Origin: Omnitrophica bacterium GWA2_41_15
Lineage (GTDB): Bacteria; Omnitrophota; Gorgyraeia; Gygaellales; UBA12090
Assembly: GCA_919902675.1 (NCBI GenBank)
Contig: CAKKRH010000013.1
Location: 47,239-111,238, forward strand
DNA length: 64,000 nt
Reading direction: 5' to 3'
The notes below the pieces were generated by a model. It worked only from the letters and a program-made list of their open reading frames with translations. It did no database searches and was not told the DNA's origin. Both the position numbers and the translations under genes were made by a program. Below are positions 46,352 through 57,192 of the stretch, piece after piece (within the stretch, counting starts at the first letter, position 1; each line of letters starts with the position of its first letter).

Positions 46352-46429
46352 TGGTCGGGGCGGCAGGATTTGAACCTACGGCCTCTTGCTCCCAAAGCAA
46401 GCGCTCTAGCCAAGCTAAGCTACGCCCCG
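46352..46429 (-). tRNA. tRNA-Pro (TGG), CCA encoded
   Basis: Manual fold of CGGGGCGTAGCTTAGCTTGGCTAGAGCGCTTGCTTTGGGAGCAAGAGGCCGTAGGTTCAAATCCTGCCGCCCCGACCA. The anticodon loop is TTTGGGA. Confidence 0.9.
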
Positions 46430-46599
46430 TTACAAGTTTTTATATGTATAGATTATCTTTATGACAATATTAAGGATATAGCTGATTGCTAACGGGGCAT
46501 GCCCAATCACAAATTTCTCTATCCTGCTCTAAAGCCTTTTAATTATAGCACTCAAATTAACTTTTGGCAAATAGCTAATTTAGGTATATAATCATTGGC

Positions 46600-49425
46600 A
46601 TGAAGAAAAGGACCCTTAAAAAAATAGCCATCGTCTTCCTCTCCCTGCTGGTTCTTATCTCCTGCGCGATAATCTACCTGAACAAATTCGTCTTGCCGGT
46701 AAAAATCAAGGCCCTGATTATTGAAACCGTGGAAAAACAGACCGGGAAAAGAGCCGCCCTTGAGTCGGTGCGCTTTAACCTGTTCAAGGGGCTGGTGTTA
46801 AAAGAACTGAATTTATACGAAGGACAAAAAAGGATTATCGGGACAAAGGAGGCCTCCTGCAGTTTCCTGATCCTGCCGATTTTAAAAGAGAAAAAAATTA
46901 TTATCCCCTATATTAAAATACAATCTCCCTATATATTTATCTCCCGCGAAGCCGACAACAGCATAAATTTAATCAAATTAATACCGACCCCGGAAAAAAC
47001 AGAAAGCAAGGGCTCACCCTTTGGCCTGATAATTTCAGGAATAAATATTATAGACGCGAATGTTGATTTTGAAGATAAGAGCTTCTCTCCTTCTTTTACC
47101 AAGAGTATTGAAGGCCTCAATCTATCCGCGCGCCTAAATCTGCCGGCCGGGGTAAAATTCAAGCTTAGCGCCAGGCTTAAGACTAATCCCGCCTCCGAAT
47201 TAAACGCTGAGGGTGAATTCCGGCTGATCAATAATGAGCTGACCGCTAAAATCAATCTGAAGAATCTTCCGCCGGAAGAATTCGCTTCTTACTATCACGG
47301 ACTGGGGCTATCAATAAATCAAGGCACAGTAGATGCCTCTCTTAACCTTACATTTAAGGATAACCGCCTAAACGCCGACTCCAAAATACAGTGCAATAAA
47401 ATAACAGCGGTAAAAGATAAAATAACCCTAAAGCTTAATTCCACGATAAGCGCCGGGGTTAACTACAACCTGAAGGACAAACAGCTGGCCTATTCCGGAA
47501 GCGCGGATATTATTGACACTAATGTATCGGGAATCGAGGCTATCGGAGAAATAAACGACATCAGCGCCAGAATAAATTTTGATAACCAAGGCTTAAGTTC
47601 CGATAAAATTATTGCCAACTGCTTTGGCCTAAACCTAACCGCTAAAGCCAGGCTATCCGACTTCAATAATCCAGTGGTCTCTCTAGAGTTAAAATCCGAA
47701 TCAGACTTAAAATCAGCCCAGAACATACTCTCCCAGAAATTCAAGCTCTCTTTACCCGCGGAGCTATCCGGCAAGGGACAACTCTGGGTGAAATTAGAAA
47801 CTCCTCTGCCGCCTAAGGAGATGCCCGCGCTCAGCGGCTCCCTGGGGTTGGTTTCAGCGCAAGCCGTATATAAAGAGTTTGGTCTAATCTTAAATAATAT
47901 CAACGGACCCCTGGAATTCAATCTTAACCAACTTAGCTGGGCGGATATAAGCTTTGACTGGCTGGACTCATCCTATAAAACCGAAGGCTCACTCTCAGAT
48001 TTTAAAGACCCATTGCTTAGCCTGAAGCTTTCCTCATCCGGGCTTAACCTAAGCCGGATTCAGGAAGTAATCTCGGAAAAATTTAAATTAAAAGTCCCGG
48101 TTAATATAGAGGGGTCCGGGAAATTAGCTCTAAAGCTTAAAACCAGGCTGCCGGCGCGGGAAATCCCCCAGATAGACGGCTCATTAGATATCAGCTCTGC
48201 TGATATTAAAATAACTGAATTCAATCAAAGCCTCACCGGCGTCAGGGGACATCTGAAATTCACTCAAAACACCCTCAATTGGTCAAAGGTAAATTTCAAT
48301 TATCTGGATACCGCTTATGCCAGCGAAGGCCGGATGAAAAACTTCCTCTCCCCCTTGATTGACCTGGAGCTTTCCTCTGCCGAACTCAAGCTGAAATCTA
48401 ATATTTGGCTTAACAATAAGCTGATCAAAATATCAGCTTTAGAGGGAAAATATCTTAATTCCAATATCTCCTTGTCCGGCACTATTAACAGCGCTCAAAG
48501 CAAGGCCATCTATGCCGATATCAATGCTGCTCTAGAGATTGACCTAAAAAACCTGGAAAAACCCCTGGCTAAATTTAAAGACCAGCTTGAGAAAATCAAA
48601 CCCGGCGGAATAGTCAAGGCCAGGCTAAACCTAAGCGGCAATATCAACGACTTTAAATCCGCTCAAGGGCATCTGAGGTTGGAAAGCTCATCATTATCCC
48701 TCTACGGGCTCAAGCCGGAGGAATTCATCTTAGATTATAACCAGGCTAACCGCTTAGCCGATATACCGCTGGCCAGAATTTCTTTATACGACGGCAGTAT
48801 AGACGCCAACGCCAAGGTAAATTTAGACAGCCCCAACCTGCCCTTTAAGCTGGAGTTAGGCGTCCAGGGAATCAAAATTGAAAAACTGAAACAGGACACC
48901 CCCTTAAAAACCCAGGACCTTTCCGGCACCCTGGAGGCAATCACCAAGCTTAACGGTTTACTGACTGATTTTTCTAAATTAAGCGGCTCGGGCAAGGTCA
49001 TGATTAAAGAGGGAAGGCTTTGGCAGTTAAACTTCTTTAAAGGTATAGGCGAAATACTCTTTACCAAAGATTTTGCCAATGTGGTTTTTAATGAGGGCTA
49101 CTGCGAATTCTTCATCAAAGACCAATTCCTGTTTACCGATAATCTTAGGCTAAGAAGTAATATCGTGGATTTGGAAGGCAAAGGCAAGGTCGGATTTGAC
49201 GGAACGCTGGATGCCGCGATCAATACCCAGGTAAGCGAAGGCCTGAGCCCGGAAACCGGAACCATAAAGGATTTCACCACCGCCTTAATCGGCCAGGCGG
49301 GAAGATTCGGGGTAATCAAGCTAAGCGGAACAATCCAGGAACCTAAATACAAATTTCAGGCTACGGTAACCGATGTAATGAAGGGGCTTAAAGATTTTGT
49401 GATTGGAAATATTTTCGGACAATAG
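46600..49425 (+). CDS. Large AsmA/TamB-like outer-membrane biogenesis protein
   Basis: 941 aa. An N-terminal TM anchor is followed by a long repetitive beta-rich body with internally repeated segments (e.g. LSDFNNPVVSLELKSESDLKSAQNILSQKFKLSLP / LSDFKDPLLSLKLSSSGLNLSRIQEVISEKFKLKVP). Confidence 0.65.
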   Translation: MKKRTLKKIAIVFLSLLVLISCAIIYLNKFVLPVKIKALIIETVEKQTGKRAALESVRFNLFKGLVLKELNLYEGQKRIIGTKEASCSFLILPILKEKKIIIPYIKIQSPYIFISREADNSINLIKLIPTPEKTESKGSPFGLIISGINIIDANVDFEDKSFSPSFTKSIEGLNLSARLNLPAGVKFKLSARLKTNPASELNAEGEFRLINNELTAKINLKNLPPEEFASYYHGLGLSINQGTVDASLNLTFKDNRLNADSKIQCNKITAVKDKITLKLNSTISAGVNYNLKDKQLAYSGSADIIDTNVSGIEAIGEINDISARINFDNQGLSSDKIIANCFGLNLTAKARLSDFNNPVVSLELKSESDLKSAQNILSQKFKLSLPAELSGKGQLWVKLETPLPPKEMPALSGSLGLVSAQAVYKEFGLILNNINGPLEFNLNQLSWADISFDWLDSSYKTEGSLSDFKDPLLSLKLSSSGLNLSRIQEVISEKFKLKVPVNIEGSGKLALKLKTRLPAREIPQIDGSLDISSADIKITEFNQSLTGVRGHLKFTQNTLNWSKVNFNYLDTAYASEGRMKNFLSPLIDLELSSAELKLKSNIWLNNKLIKISALEGKYLNSNISLSGTINSAQSKAIYADINAALEIDLKNLEKPLAKFKDQLEKIKPGGIVKARLNLSGNINDFKSAQGHLRLESSSLSLYGLKPEEFILDYNQANRLADIPLARISLYDGSIDANAKVNLDSPNLPFKLELGVQGIKIEKLKQDTPLKTQDLSGTLEAITKLNGLLTDFSKLSGSGKVMIKEGRLWQLNFFKGIGEILFTKDFANVVFNEGYCEFFIKDQFLFTDNLRLRSNIVDLEGKGKVGFDGTLDAAINTQVSEGLSPETGTIKDFTTALIGQAGRFGVIKLSGTIQEPKYKFQATVTDVMKGLKDFVIGNIFGQ

Positions 49426-50011
49426 GCCTTATCTTTTTTAAGGCTTTATAGCGATGGCTGAGCTTGTGTTTAATCAAGGGACCTAATTGGCCAAAGGTCT
49501 TCCGGTATTCAGGCAGTAAAAATAAAGGATCATAACCGAATCCATGGGTCCCCTTCGCCTTCAGGGCAATCAAACCGCCGCACCTGCCTCCCACCACCCC
49601 AATCAGGCCATTTTTATCCGCCAGGGCCACAGCACAAACATAATGGGCCGAACGTTTTTTTAGGGGAACTTTCTTAAGCAGACGCAGGACCTTCTGGTTA
49701 TTTTTTTCGTCGCTCTTTCCCTGGCCGGAGAATCTGGAGGAATAAATTCCCGGAGCTCCCAAAAGCGCGTCAATGCACAACCCGGAATCTTCACCCAGGG
49801 TCAGCTTCTTGGTAAATTTGGCTATTTTAATCGCCTTCTTGGCGGCATTCTCCAGGAAGCTCTTTCCGTCTTCGTTAACATAAGGGGCGTCAGGGACATC
49901 CTCAAGGCTCAAGAATTTAATTTTGAGTCCCCGCGTAATTTCCCGTATTTCCTCTAATTTCTTTTGATTGCGGGTAGCAACGACTATCTCTCTTATCTTC
50001 TCTTTACTCAT
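49388..50011 (-). CDS. rdgB: dITP/XTP pyrophosphatase (Ham1/RdgB family)
   Basis: [17 protein letters not shown]...[21 protein letters not shown]...GFGYDPLF...SHRYKAL. Confidence 0.9.
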   Translation of the reverse strand: MSKEKIREIVVATRNQKKLEEIREITRGLKIKFLSLEDVPDAPYVNEDGKSFLENAAKKAIKIAKFTKKLTLGEDSGLCIDALLGAPGIYSSRFSGQGKSDEKNNQKVLRLLKKVPLKKRSAHYVCAVALADKNGLIGVVGGRCGGLIALKAKGTHGFGYDPLFLLPEYRKTFGQLGPLIKHKLSHRYKALKKIRPIVRKYFQSQNL

Positions 50012-50727
50012 AGAATGTCCTTATAGATATTTCTCTGGATATCCACCAGTTCCTCAATTCCGTTTTTGGCCAAATGTAACATTTTATCCAGATCTTCCTT
50101 ACTAAAGCTCTCCCTTTCCGCCGTGGCCTGGAGCTCAACAAATTCCCCCTTCCCGGTCATTACTACATTCATATCCACCTGGGCCTTAGAGTCTTCCGTA
50201 TAAGCCAAATCCAGGATAAACTGATTCTGATATATGCCCACCGAGGTAGCGGCAATATAATCCTTAATCGGAATATCCAGAATACTGCCTTCTTTCTTCA
50301 TCCGGATAAGACAATCCGCCAGGGCGATAAATCCCCCGGTGATGGCGGCGGTGCGGGTTCCGCCGTCGGCCTGGATAACATCGCAGTCTATCTTAATCGT
50401 ACGCTCACCAATCTTCTTTACCTCAAAAATAGACCTTAACGAACGGCCGATAAGCCTCTGAATCTCAAATGTCCTCCCGGAAACCTTTTCGCGCTCCCGG
50501 TTAATCCGGGTATGGGTGGAGCGGGGCAGCATTCCGTATTCGGCAGTAATCCAGCCGGTGCCGCTTCCCCTTAAAAACGGGGGAACGGTCTCCTCGCAAG
50601 AGGCGGTGCAGATAACCTTGGTATGGCCCAGCTCAATCAGGCAGGAGCCTTCCGCGTGTTTAATATAATTACGGCTGATAGTAACTTTTCTTAATTGATC
50701 ATTATTTCTTCCATCTGGTCTGGGCAT
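50008..50727 (-). CDS. rph: Ribonuclease PH
   Basis: [41 protein letters not shown]...[17 protein letters not shown]. Confidence 0.9.
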   Translation of the reverse strand: MPRPDGRNNDQLRKVTISRNYIKHAEGSCLIELGHTKVICTASCEETVPPFLRGSGTGWITAEYGMLPRSTHTRINREREKVSGRTFEIQRLIGRSLRSIFEVKKIGERTIKIDCDVIQADGGTRTAAITGGFIALADCLIRMKKEGSILDIPIKDYIAATSVGIYQNQFILDLAYTEDSKAQVDMNVVMTGKGEFVELQATAERESFSKEDLDKMLHLAKNGIEELVDIQRNIYKDIL

Positions 50728-51233
50728 TCTAATCCTTTTTCTTTAAATTGTTTATAAACACTGTTGCCTTGAGAATCAACAGCCACAATAAGAGGAAAAT
50801 CCTTGACCTCTAATTCATAAATCGCCTCCGGGCCCAGGTCAAGATAGGCCACAAGGGTCTTTTTCTTAATCTGCCGGGCAAGCAGTGCCCCGCACCCAGA
50901 ATAGGTAACGAAATACACCGCCTGATATTTCCGGATAGCCGCGATCACATCTGGAGAGCGGTTTCCTTTGCCGATCATCGCGCTTAAACCTAATTTTAAC
51001 AATGGCAGGGTAAAACCGTCCATCCTTGAGCTGGTAGTTGGGCCGCAGGAGCCGATGATTTTACCTTTGGGGGTTTCAGTCGGGCCAGAGTAATAAATAA
51101 TGCCGCCTTTTAAATCAATCGGCAGTTTCCGGCCGGAATGTATCGCCTCAACCAGCCTCCGGTGGGCCTGGTCCCTGGCGGTATATAATTTTCCGGTATA
51201 AGAAATCTCTTCTCCCGCCTTTAAGTGTCTCAT
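50691..51233 (-). CDS. Class I (Fe-S) fumarate hydratase / hydro-lyase, beta (C-terminal domain) subunit
   Basis: [14 protein letters not shown]...GPTTSSRMD...MIGKGNR. Confidence 0.8.
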   Translation of the reverse strand: MRHLKAGEEISYTGKLYTARDQAHRRLVEAIHSGRKLPIDLKGGIIYYSGPTETPKGKIIGSCGPTTSSRMDGFTLPLLKLGLSAMIGKGNRSPDVIAAIRKYQAVYFVTYSGCGALLARQIKKKTLVAYLDLGPEAIYELEVKDFPLIVAVDSQGNSVYKQFKEKGLECPDQMEEIMIN

Positions 51234-52084
51234 ATTATCTTTACCGCCGACCTTAAGGCGTGACAGCTGATATTCACCGCCACCGGCAGGCCGGCAATAT
51301 GGGTGGGATAACTTAAAATATTTACCCCTAAGCAGGTAGTCTTTCCGCCTAAACCCATCGGCCCGATATTTAAATTATTTATCTCCTTCAATAACTCTTT
51401 TTCTAACTTATAAATTTTTTGATTTGTGTTTTTGACTTTTGACTTTTGACTTTTGACTTTATTCAACAGCGCCTTTTTAGCTAAATATGCCGCGTAATCC
51501 TGGGTCCCTCCGATTCCTATGCCCAGCACAAACGGCGGACAGGCATCCGGCCCGGCCTTTGCAACTGTCTCCAGAATAAACCTTTTAATCTCCTCAAGAG
51601 AGGCTGTGGGCTTAAACATCCGGATTTGGGATTTGTTTTCACAGCCAAAACCTTTGGGTAAAAGGGAAAGCTTGATTTTATCCCCTGGGACGATTTCGGT
51701 ATGGATTATTGCCGGACTAAACCCGGAACCTCCCCGCGAAAGAGGGTCTTTGACTATTGAGCGGCGCAGGCTCCCCTGGGCATAGCCCAGCGCCAGGCCT
51801 TGGTGTATCGCCCCAGCTAAAGAACCGCCGGTTACGCGCGCCTCCTGGCCAATCTCCCCAAACACAACCGGCAATCCGGTATCCTGACAAATAGCCAGCT
51901 TTTCTTTTTTGGCGATTTCAGCATTATTAATTATGGCCTTAAGGATTTTCCGGGAGCGCTGATCCCCCTCTTTAAGCAAGGCTGATTTCAAAGCGCCTAA
52001 GACATCCTTACGTAAAACAAAATTCGCTTCTTTGGCCAAATCCGCGGCCGCGGCCCTAATTTTATCTACTTTTATCTCACGCAT
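51230..52084 (-). CDS. Class I (Fe-S) fumarate hydratase / hydro-lyase, alpha (N-terminal domain) subunit
   Basis: LAICQDTGLPVVF...GIGIGGT. It contains a low-complexity insert KVKSQKSKVKNTNQK encoded by a TTTTGAC heptamer array at 51421..51461. The start is set at MREIKVDK. Confidence 0.8.
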   Translation of the reverse strand: MREIKVDKIRAAAADLAKEANFVLRKDVLGALKSALLKEGDQRSRKILKAIINNAEIAKKEKLAICQDTGLPVVFGEIGQEARVTGGSLAGAIHQGLALGYAQGSLRRSIVKDPLSRGGSGFSPAIIHTEIVPGDKIKLSLLPKGFGCENKSQIRMFKPTASLEEIKRFILETVAKAGPDACPPFVLGIGIGGTQDYAAYLAKKALLNKVKSQKSKVKNTNQKIYKLEKELLKEINNLNIGPMGLGGKTTCLGVNILSYPTHIAGLPVAVNISCHALRSAVKII

Positions 52085-52529
52085 TTTTTGACTCCGGCCA
52101 CTGTGCGCGCACACTGGTGGTTATCCCGCCGCGGGGGTTAAATACGCCGCTGATTTTCACCCAGCGCGGGCAACAGGCGCTGACAAAATCATCCAAAATC
52201 CGGTTCACCAAATGCTCATGAAAAATCCCCACATCCCGGTAAAACAACAGATACAGCTTAAAAGACTTAAGCTCAACGCAATACTCCGCCGGAGAATACT
52301 CGATTCTTATATCCGCGAAATCCGGCAGTCCGGTCTTGGGACAAATGCAGGTAAATTCCGAAGTATCCAGGGTTATCGCGTATTCTTTATCCGGATACTG
52401 ATTCTTCCAGACCTCAATCCGGGGAGTTTTCAGGGCCCGGACATTCCCTTGCAATCCTTCATAAGAAGACTGTTTTTTTTCTTTTATCTTTAACTTTTGA
52501 TTTTTAATTTTTGATTTTTGATTTTTCAC
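52077..52529 (-). CDS. queF: NADPH-dependent 7-cyano-7-deazaguanine reductase
   Basis: EFTCICPKTGLPDFADIRIEYSPAEYCVELKSFKLYLLFYRD. The N-terminus MKNQKSKIKNQKLKIKEKK is encoded by a TTTTTGA heptamer array (52494..52528). Confidence 0.85.
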   Translation of the reverse strand: MKNQKSKIKNQKLKIKEKKQSSYEGLQGNVRALKTPRIEVWKNQYPDKEYAITLDTSEFTCICPKTGLPDFADIRIEYSPAEYCVELKSFKLYLLFYRDVGIFHEHLVNRILDDFVSACCPRWVKISGVFNPRGGITTSVRAQWPESKNA

Positions 52530-53206
52530 CTTACTCCTATCAGCTTATGTAATTGAGGGATTACGCAGGAGGGGATTAAATAATCAGCGCATAGTCTTTT
52601 AAACAAGGCTAAATTATCAACCAATCTTTCCGCGCTCTCCAGGCTATTAGGCTGAATTACCAACACGCCGTGATAATCCAGGCTTTTAAATAAATCCAGC
52701 ATTTTAAGAAAATCCTCAATTGATGTGCGGGAGCCAACCACCGCTTTCACAAAAACATCTTTTGCCTTGGCGATATTCAGAAAATCATAGTGCTGTTTCC
52801 AGCAATCATCCGCGAATCCGGATGAACTGGGCAGCTTGATATCCATCGCTACTATATCTACAGCATCAATGACCTCATTTAAGGCATCCGGCATTGTTCC
52901 GTTAGTCTCTAAATAAGTTTGATAACCATTTTCTTTAACCAGCCTGATAAGCTCTTTTAGAAAATCCTTTTGTCCAAGCGGCTCGCCTCCGGTAAAGGAA
53001 ACACAGGAAAAATCCGGACCGTAAGACTGTATCTTCTTTAAAAGGCTCTCTGAGTCATATTCCTGAAAGCTCTCAAACTCAGTATCGCAGTATCCGCAAG
53101 CCAGGTTACAGCCGGAGAAACGCACAAACACCTGCTTGCGGCCGAAATATATCCCTTCACCTTGGATACTGGAAAATATCTCGTTAATCCTTCCAATCAT
53201 CCCCAA
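52526..53206 (-). CDS. queE: 7-carboxy-7-deazaguanine synthase (radical SAM)
   Basis: EIFSSIQGEGIYFGRKQVFVRFSGCNLACGYCDT. Confidence 0.85.
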   Translation of the reverse strand: MGMIGRINEIFSSIQGEGIYFGRKQVFVRFSGCNLACGYCDTEFESFQEYDSESLLKKIQSYGPDFSCVSFTGGEPLGQKDFLKELIRLVKENGYQTYLETNGTMPDALNEVIDAVDIVAMDIKLPSSSGFADDCWKQHYDFLNIAKAKDVFVKAVVGSRTSIEDFLKMLDLFKSLDYHGVLVIQPNSLESAERLVDNLALFKRLCADYLIPSCVIPQLHKLIGVR

Positions 53207-53232
53207 TAACTCCCACCTTGCGCTTCCAGCCT

Positions 53233-53961
53233 CTAACTTCCAACCTCTAACTTTCCTATCAATGGATCCGCGGCCCGGGCTTCCCGAAACCCCTTGGCCC
53301 TAAAATTACAGCTGTCGCACTTACCGCAAGGCTTCCTTCCGCCTTGATAACAAGACCAGGTCAGCTCATAAGGAACTCTTAGGCGCGTTCCCAATTTTAT
53401 TATCCCGCCCTTAGTCATCTTTATTAGGGGAGTGAAAATACTAAACCCCCGTCCTTCTACTCCGGCCTTAGTCCCCAGATTGACCGCTCTTACAAGGGCC
53501 CGGTAGAACTCCGGACGGCAATCAGGATAACCGCTATAATCTATGGCGTTAGCTCCGATAAATATATTCCCGGCTCCAATAGCCTCAGCCCAAGACAAGG
53601 CGAAGCTTAAGAAAATAATATTCCTCGCCGGCACATAGGTTGAAGGGATTGAGTTGCTTGAGTTACTTGAGTTTATAGAGTTTGTTGAGTTGCGGCTCTG
53701 GCTTACTGTTTTATCTAATCCCGGAATTTCTAATTTCTTATCTAATAAACTCGAGCCTTTCCAAGGCAAGGATATCTTTATCACCTGCCAGGGACAGACG
53801 GCGCGTTGAGCTATTTTCTTGGCCGAAGCAATCTCTTTTTTGTGGCGCTGGCCGTAGTCAAAGATAAGGCAATGGCACTGGAAACCTTTGGCTTTGGCAA
53901 AATAAAGGGTAGTGGCCGAATCCAGTCCGCCGGATAAGAGTACAACCGCCTTTTTCCTCAT
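53233..53961 (-). CDS. queC: 7-cyano-7-deazaguanine synthase
   Basis: KAVVLLSGGLDSAT...YVPARN...CGKCDSC. It has an internal low-complexity insert SQSRNSTNSINSSNSSNS encoded by a 9-nt periodic repeat at 53641..53700. Confidence 0.9.
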   Translation of the reverse strand: MRKKAVVLLSGGLDSATTLYFAKAKGFQCHCLIFDYGQRHKKEIASAKKIAQRAVCPWQVIKISLPWKGSSLLDKKLEIPGLDKTVSQSRNSTNSINSSNSSNSIPSTYVPARNIIFLSFALSWAEAIGAGNIFIGANAIDYSGYPDCRPEFYRALVRAVNLGTKAGVEGRGFSIFTPLIKMTKGGIIKLGTRLRVPYELTWSCYQGGRKPCGKCDSCNFRAKGFREARAADPLIGKLEVGS

Positions 53962-54326
53962 CTATAATACGTGGCCGAACAATTATCCGATTCCCAGACC
54001 GTAACCTCACTAAGGCCAACGCGGCCTTTTTTCAATTGGCTGTCTAAGCGGTCGAAGAGATAGCGGGCGATGTTTTCCGAGGTAGGATTATTTTTCCTGA
54101 AATAGTCAATCTGATTAAGATGTTTATGGTCCAGCTCTTCTAATATTTCCTTAAGCAGATCCTTAATTTCGTGAAAATCCATAGCCAAGCCGTTGGCGCC
54201 GGTTTTCTTAGCCGAGATAACCGCTTCAACCTTCCAATTATGCCCGTGTAATTCTTCGCACTTTCCCTTATAATTACGCAGATTATGCGCCGCGCTGAAT
54301 TCTGTCTTTACTGATAATTTATACAT
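53958..54326 (-). CDS. queD: 6-carboxy-5,6,7,8-tetrahydropterin synthase
   Basis: FSAAHNLRNYKGKCEELHGHNWKVE. Confidence 0.9.
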   Translation of the reverse strand: MYKLSVKTEFSAAHNLRNYKGKCEELHGHNWKVEAVISAKKTGANGLAMDFHEIKDLLKEILEELDHKHLNQIDYFRKNNPTSENIARYLFDRLDSQLKKGRVGLSEVTVWESDNCSATYYR

Positions 54327-54338
54327 TTCTTCACCTTC

Positions 54339-55133
54339 TTAAAATGACTCAGCCTTAATCACATTATTCACCGGATGCCCTAAGAATCTCCGGGCCAGGC
54401 CGCTGAACCAGGCCGGACCGTCTGAAACATAGAATGACCGCGTGGGCTTAAGGTTGGCCTCCAGTAAGCCGTCCGCGGAAAGTATCTGCTTGACTTCAGT
54501 AGCCACCTGCTTGGCGGAATCTATCAGGGTAACCCCGGGGCCCATAACCTTTTTGAGGACAGATTTTAAGAGAGGATAATGGGTGCAACCCAGAATCAAG
54601 GTATCCACCTTGGCCTTTTTCATCGGCTCTAAATAAACCCCGGCTACTTCTAAAACCGCCTTCTGATTAAGCCAGCCCTCTTCCACAAAAGGTACAAACA
54701 AAGGGCAGGCAGAAGAAGTAATCCTGATTCGCTCATCCAGGGCCTTGATTTCTCTTTCGTAAGCTCCGCTGGCAATAGTGGCCTTGGTCCCGATTACCCC
54801 GATACGCTTATTTTTGGTGGCGTATACCGCCTCGCGCGCTCCGGGTGAAATAACCCCGACCATCGGCACCCGAAAATGCCCCCGGATTACCGGAAGAGCA
54901 ATGCTGGAAACAGTATTACAGGCAATACAGATTAATTTAACCTCCTGCTTGAGCAAAAATAAAATATTCTCAATGGAAAACCGGATAACCGTTTCCTTGG
55001 ACTTGATTCCGTAAGGGACCCTGGCGGTATCCCCAAAATAAATTATGCTCTCTCCGGGAAGCTGACGGATAAGCTCCCTAACCACGGTCAATCCCCCCAC
55101 CCCGGAATCAAAAACCCCAATCGCCCTGGACAC
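54339..55133 (-). CDS. murI: Glutamate racemase
   Basis: IGVFDSGVGGLTV...IACNTVS...LGCTHYPLL. Confidence 0.9.
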   Translation of the reverse strand: MSRAIGVFDSGVGGLTVVRELIRQLPGESIIYFGDTARVPYGIKSKETVIRFSIENILFLLKQEVKLICIACNTVSSIALPVIRGHFRVPMVGVISPGAREAVYATKNKRIGVIGTKATIASGAYEREIKALDERIRITSSACPLFVPFVEEGWLNQKAVLEVAGVYLEPMKKAKVDTLILGCTHYPLLKSVLKKVMGPGVTLIDSAKQVATEVKQILSADGLLEANLKPTRSFYVSDGPAWFSGLARRFLGHPVNNVIKAESF

Positions 55134-55155
55134 TCTTTAAACTCCTTTTTTAGGT

Positions 55156-56271
55156 TTAATATGACGCGCCGGCTAATTCGTATTGCCGGCTGTAATTGAT
55201 TATTCCGTCAGAGATGGCTTCGGCAATCTGCTGGCGGTAGAAATTATTCCTTAAATATTTTTCCTCTTTAGGGTTAGACAAGAAACCGGTCTCAATCAAA
55301 ACCGCGGGAATATGAGCGCCTTTTAAGACATAAAACGGCGCGCCTTTTACCCCCAAAATCTTTAAACCCATATTCCTCTCGGCTGACTCGCAGATATTCT
55401 GAGCCAGGCGGATAGATTCCAGGCGGCTGGAAGTATAAACCATATCCCAAAGCGTAGTTTTAAGATCCAGGGAATTGCCGTAAAAAGAACTGCTGTCTAT
55501 ATTCAAATCAGCGCTCTTGGCCGAAAAAATGGCCCGGGAGTAATCATTCACTTTCTCGGTTATATAATAAACCTCAAAGCCGTTTAATTTACCCGAAGCG
55601 GCGGAATTAGAGTGGACGCTGATGAATAAATCCGCTCTTGAACGGTTGGCGATATCCGCCCTCCCCTGGAGGCTGATAAATTTATCCGTGGAACGGGTCA
55701 TCACCGCTTCAATGCCCTGGGCTTTTAAAAACTGGGCTAAGCGCCGGGCGATATCCAGGTTCACATCCTTTTCCCTTAAGCCGGTTTTTCCTATGGCCCC
55801 GGGGTCGTGGCCGCCGTGGCCGGCATCAATCACTACCTTTTTTATCTGTTTTTCCAGGATATATTTCGGTTTTTCTTCAGGGATAGCCTCCAAATAAAAC
55901 TTATCAATCACCTTTTCTTTAAACTTTAGAGGCACCGCGGTAAATCCGTTATGGGTAATCACCGGATACTCGATATCCAAAGGCAGGCCATTAACCAGAA
56001 CCACTGAGGCATCCAGTAAAAGCCTGGCTTCAACATTCGCCTTTCTTAAAGTAACCTGCCTGCCGATATAATCATACTCCCACAAGATATTAAAATGCCG
56101 GCAGAGGCTTAGAAGCGGGATATAAACGGTATTATTGACGGAAAAACTTTCTACCGGAAGCCCTGTTTTTTGAATACGGCCGGTTGTGGCGCAGCCGGTC
56201 AAAAGAACAGATAACAGATAACAGATAACAGATAACAGAACGAGATGCTGTTTCTTAGATAAAATCATCAT
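55156..56271 (-). CDS. N-acetylmuramoyl-L-alanine amidase (Amidase_3) with an N-terminal stalk domain
   Basis: VVIDAGHGGHDPGA...ISVHSNS...ETGFLSN. The lipobox-like signal is LLTGC. The signal-peptide region LLSVICYLLSVLL is encoded by an ACAGATA heptamer array (56207..56241). Confidence 0.85.
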   Translation of the reverse strand: MMILSKKQHLVLLSVICYLLSVLLTGCATTGRIQKTGLPVESFSVNNTVYIPLLSLCRHFNILWEYDYIGRQVTLRKANVEARLLLDASVVLVNGLPLDIEYPVITHNGFTAVPLKFKEKVIDKFYLEAIPEEKPKYILEKQIKKVVIDAGHGGHDPGAIGKTGLREKDVNLDIARRLAQFLKAQGIEAVMTRSTDKFISLQGRADIANRSRADLFISVHSNSAASGKLNGFEVYYITEKVNDYSRAIFSAKSADLNIDSSSFYGNSLDLKTTLWDMVYTSSRLESIRLAQNICESAERNMGLKILGVKGAPFYVLKGAHIPAVLIETGFLSNPKEEKYLRNNFYRQQIAEAISDGIINYSRQYELAGASY

Positions 56272-56711
56272 TGCTCCAGCTTCAGCTCGATGTCCTTGCT
56301 TCCGTCATTTAAAATAACCGTATCCTGTTGTATATCAACCACCCTATTTCCGTTCACCTCATCTCCGATATGCAGAAGCTGGTTATTAATCAGGGCGTAG
56401 CTGTCTTTCTCATCGTAGACAATCCCGCCCAGCGCTAACGCTGAAGAGCCGGAAACAGGCGTCTGGGTAATCACAAAAGGGTCCCTGCCCCACTCTTTAT
56501 GTTCGGAACGTTTTTTTTGCTTTATCTCTTGCCGCGAAGAAGAAACCTCAAGATATCCGGAAGGCGCGCTGTCCTTCTTCTTAGAAAAAGACCTCAGGCC
56601 GTTATACCAGACAAAAACCGATATCAGCGCCAAAGCCGCTAAAATAATCCTTTGGGTATTAAATTTCGGTATTGATTTATTCATTGCTAATATGGATGGC
56701 AAGGGTAACAA
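56268..56711 (-). CDS. Pilus/secretion accessory protein (PilP- or GspC-like); function uncertain
   Basis: It has an N-terminal TM segment and a small C-terminal beta domain, and sits after the PilO-like gene in the operon. Confidence 0.4.
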   Translation of the reverse strand: MLPLPSILAMNKSIPKFNTQRIILAALALISVFVWYNGLRSFSKKKDSAPSGYLEVSSSRQEIKQKKRSEHKEWGRDPFVITQTPVSGSSALALGGIVYDEKDSYALINNQLLHIGDEVNGNRVVDIQQDTVILNDGSKDIELKLEQ

Positions 56712-57189
56712 CAGCGGATATTTTGGGCAAGGGCAGATCAGCGCGCCTTATCTCTATGTTCTCTACCGTAATAAGCGCGCCTTCAAATTCCCTTAGAAAA
56801 CTTAAAAATAAACCTATCTGCCTAAACGGGCCACCCTCCATCTCCAGATAAACCGGCAGAAGCGAATAGCCGTCTTTTATATTCTTTTCTTTCTGGGTTA
56901 TGGACTTTAACTCCAGAAAGTGAGACCGGCACTGTTTAGTTATAGTATCAATAACCAAAGAAGCCTCTCCTTCCTTGATCAGCCTCTTATTTACTTTCAG
57001 CTCCTGAATTACCCGCAGATTCTCATTTACCGATTTAAGCTGAACATTCAGTCCGGAGAGCTCCTTATTCTTTTTCGCGATTTTCCCAGCTAAAGGGAAA
57101 TAAAGGAACACAATGATTATACTGACGATTCCGGCTAAAATAAAGATTATCTTTTTTTTCTCCCCTAATATTTTTTTTATCTCGGCCAT
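56677..57189 (-). CDS. PilO-like pilus assembly protein
   Basis: An N-terminal TM segment (IIFILAGIVSIIIVFLYF) is followed by a coiled coil and a ferredoxin-like C-terminus, in the operon position after PilM/N. Confidence 0.55.
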   Translation of the reverse strand: MAEIKKILGEKKKIIFILAGIVSIIIVFLYFPLAGKIAKKNKELSGLNVQLKSVNENLRVIQELKVNKRLIKEGEASLVIDTITKQCRSHFLELKSITQKEKNIKDGYSLLPVYLEMEGGPFRQIGLFLSFLREFEGALITVENIEIRRADLPLPKISAVVTLAIHISNE

Positions 57190-57192
57190 AGC

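Noticed and set aside
46929-49352. Minus-strand ORFs inside the AsmA/TamB-like gene (46929..47255, 47490..47921, 48735..49079, 49098..49352).
   Set aside because: They are antisense to a continuous 941-aa ORF that has an N-terminal anchor and internal repeats. They are Ser/Leu/Pro-rich shadows.
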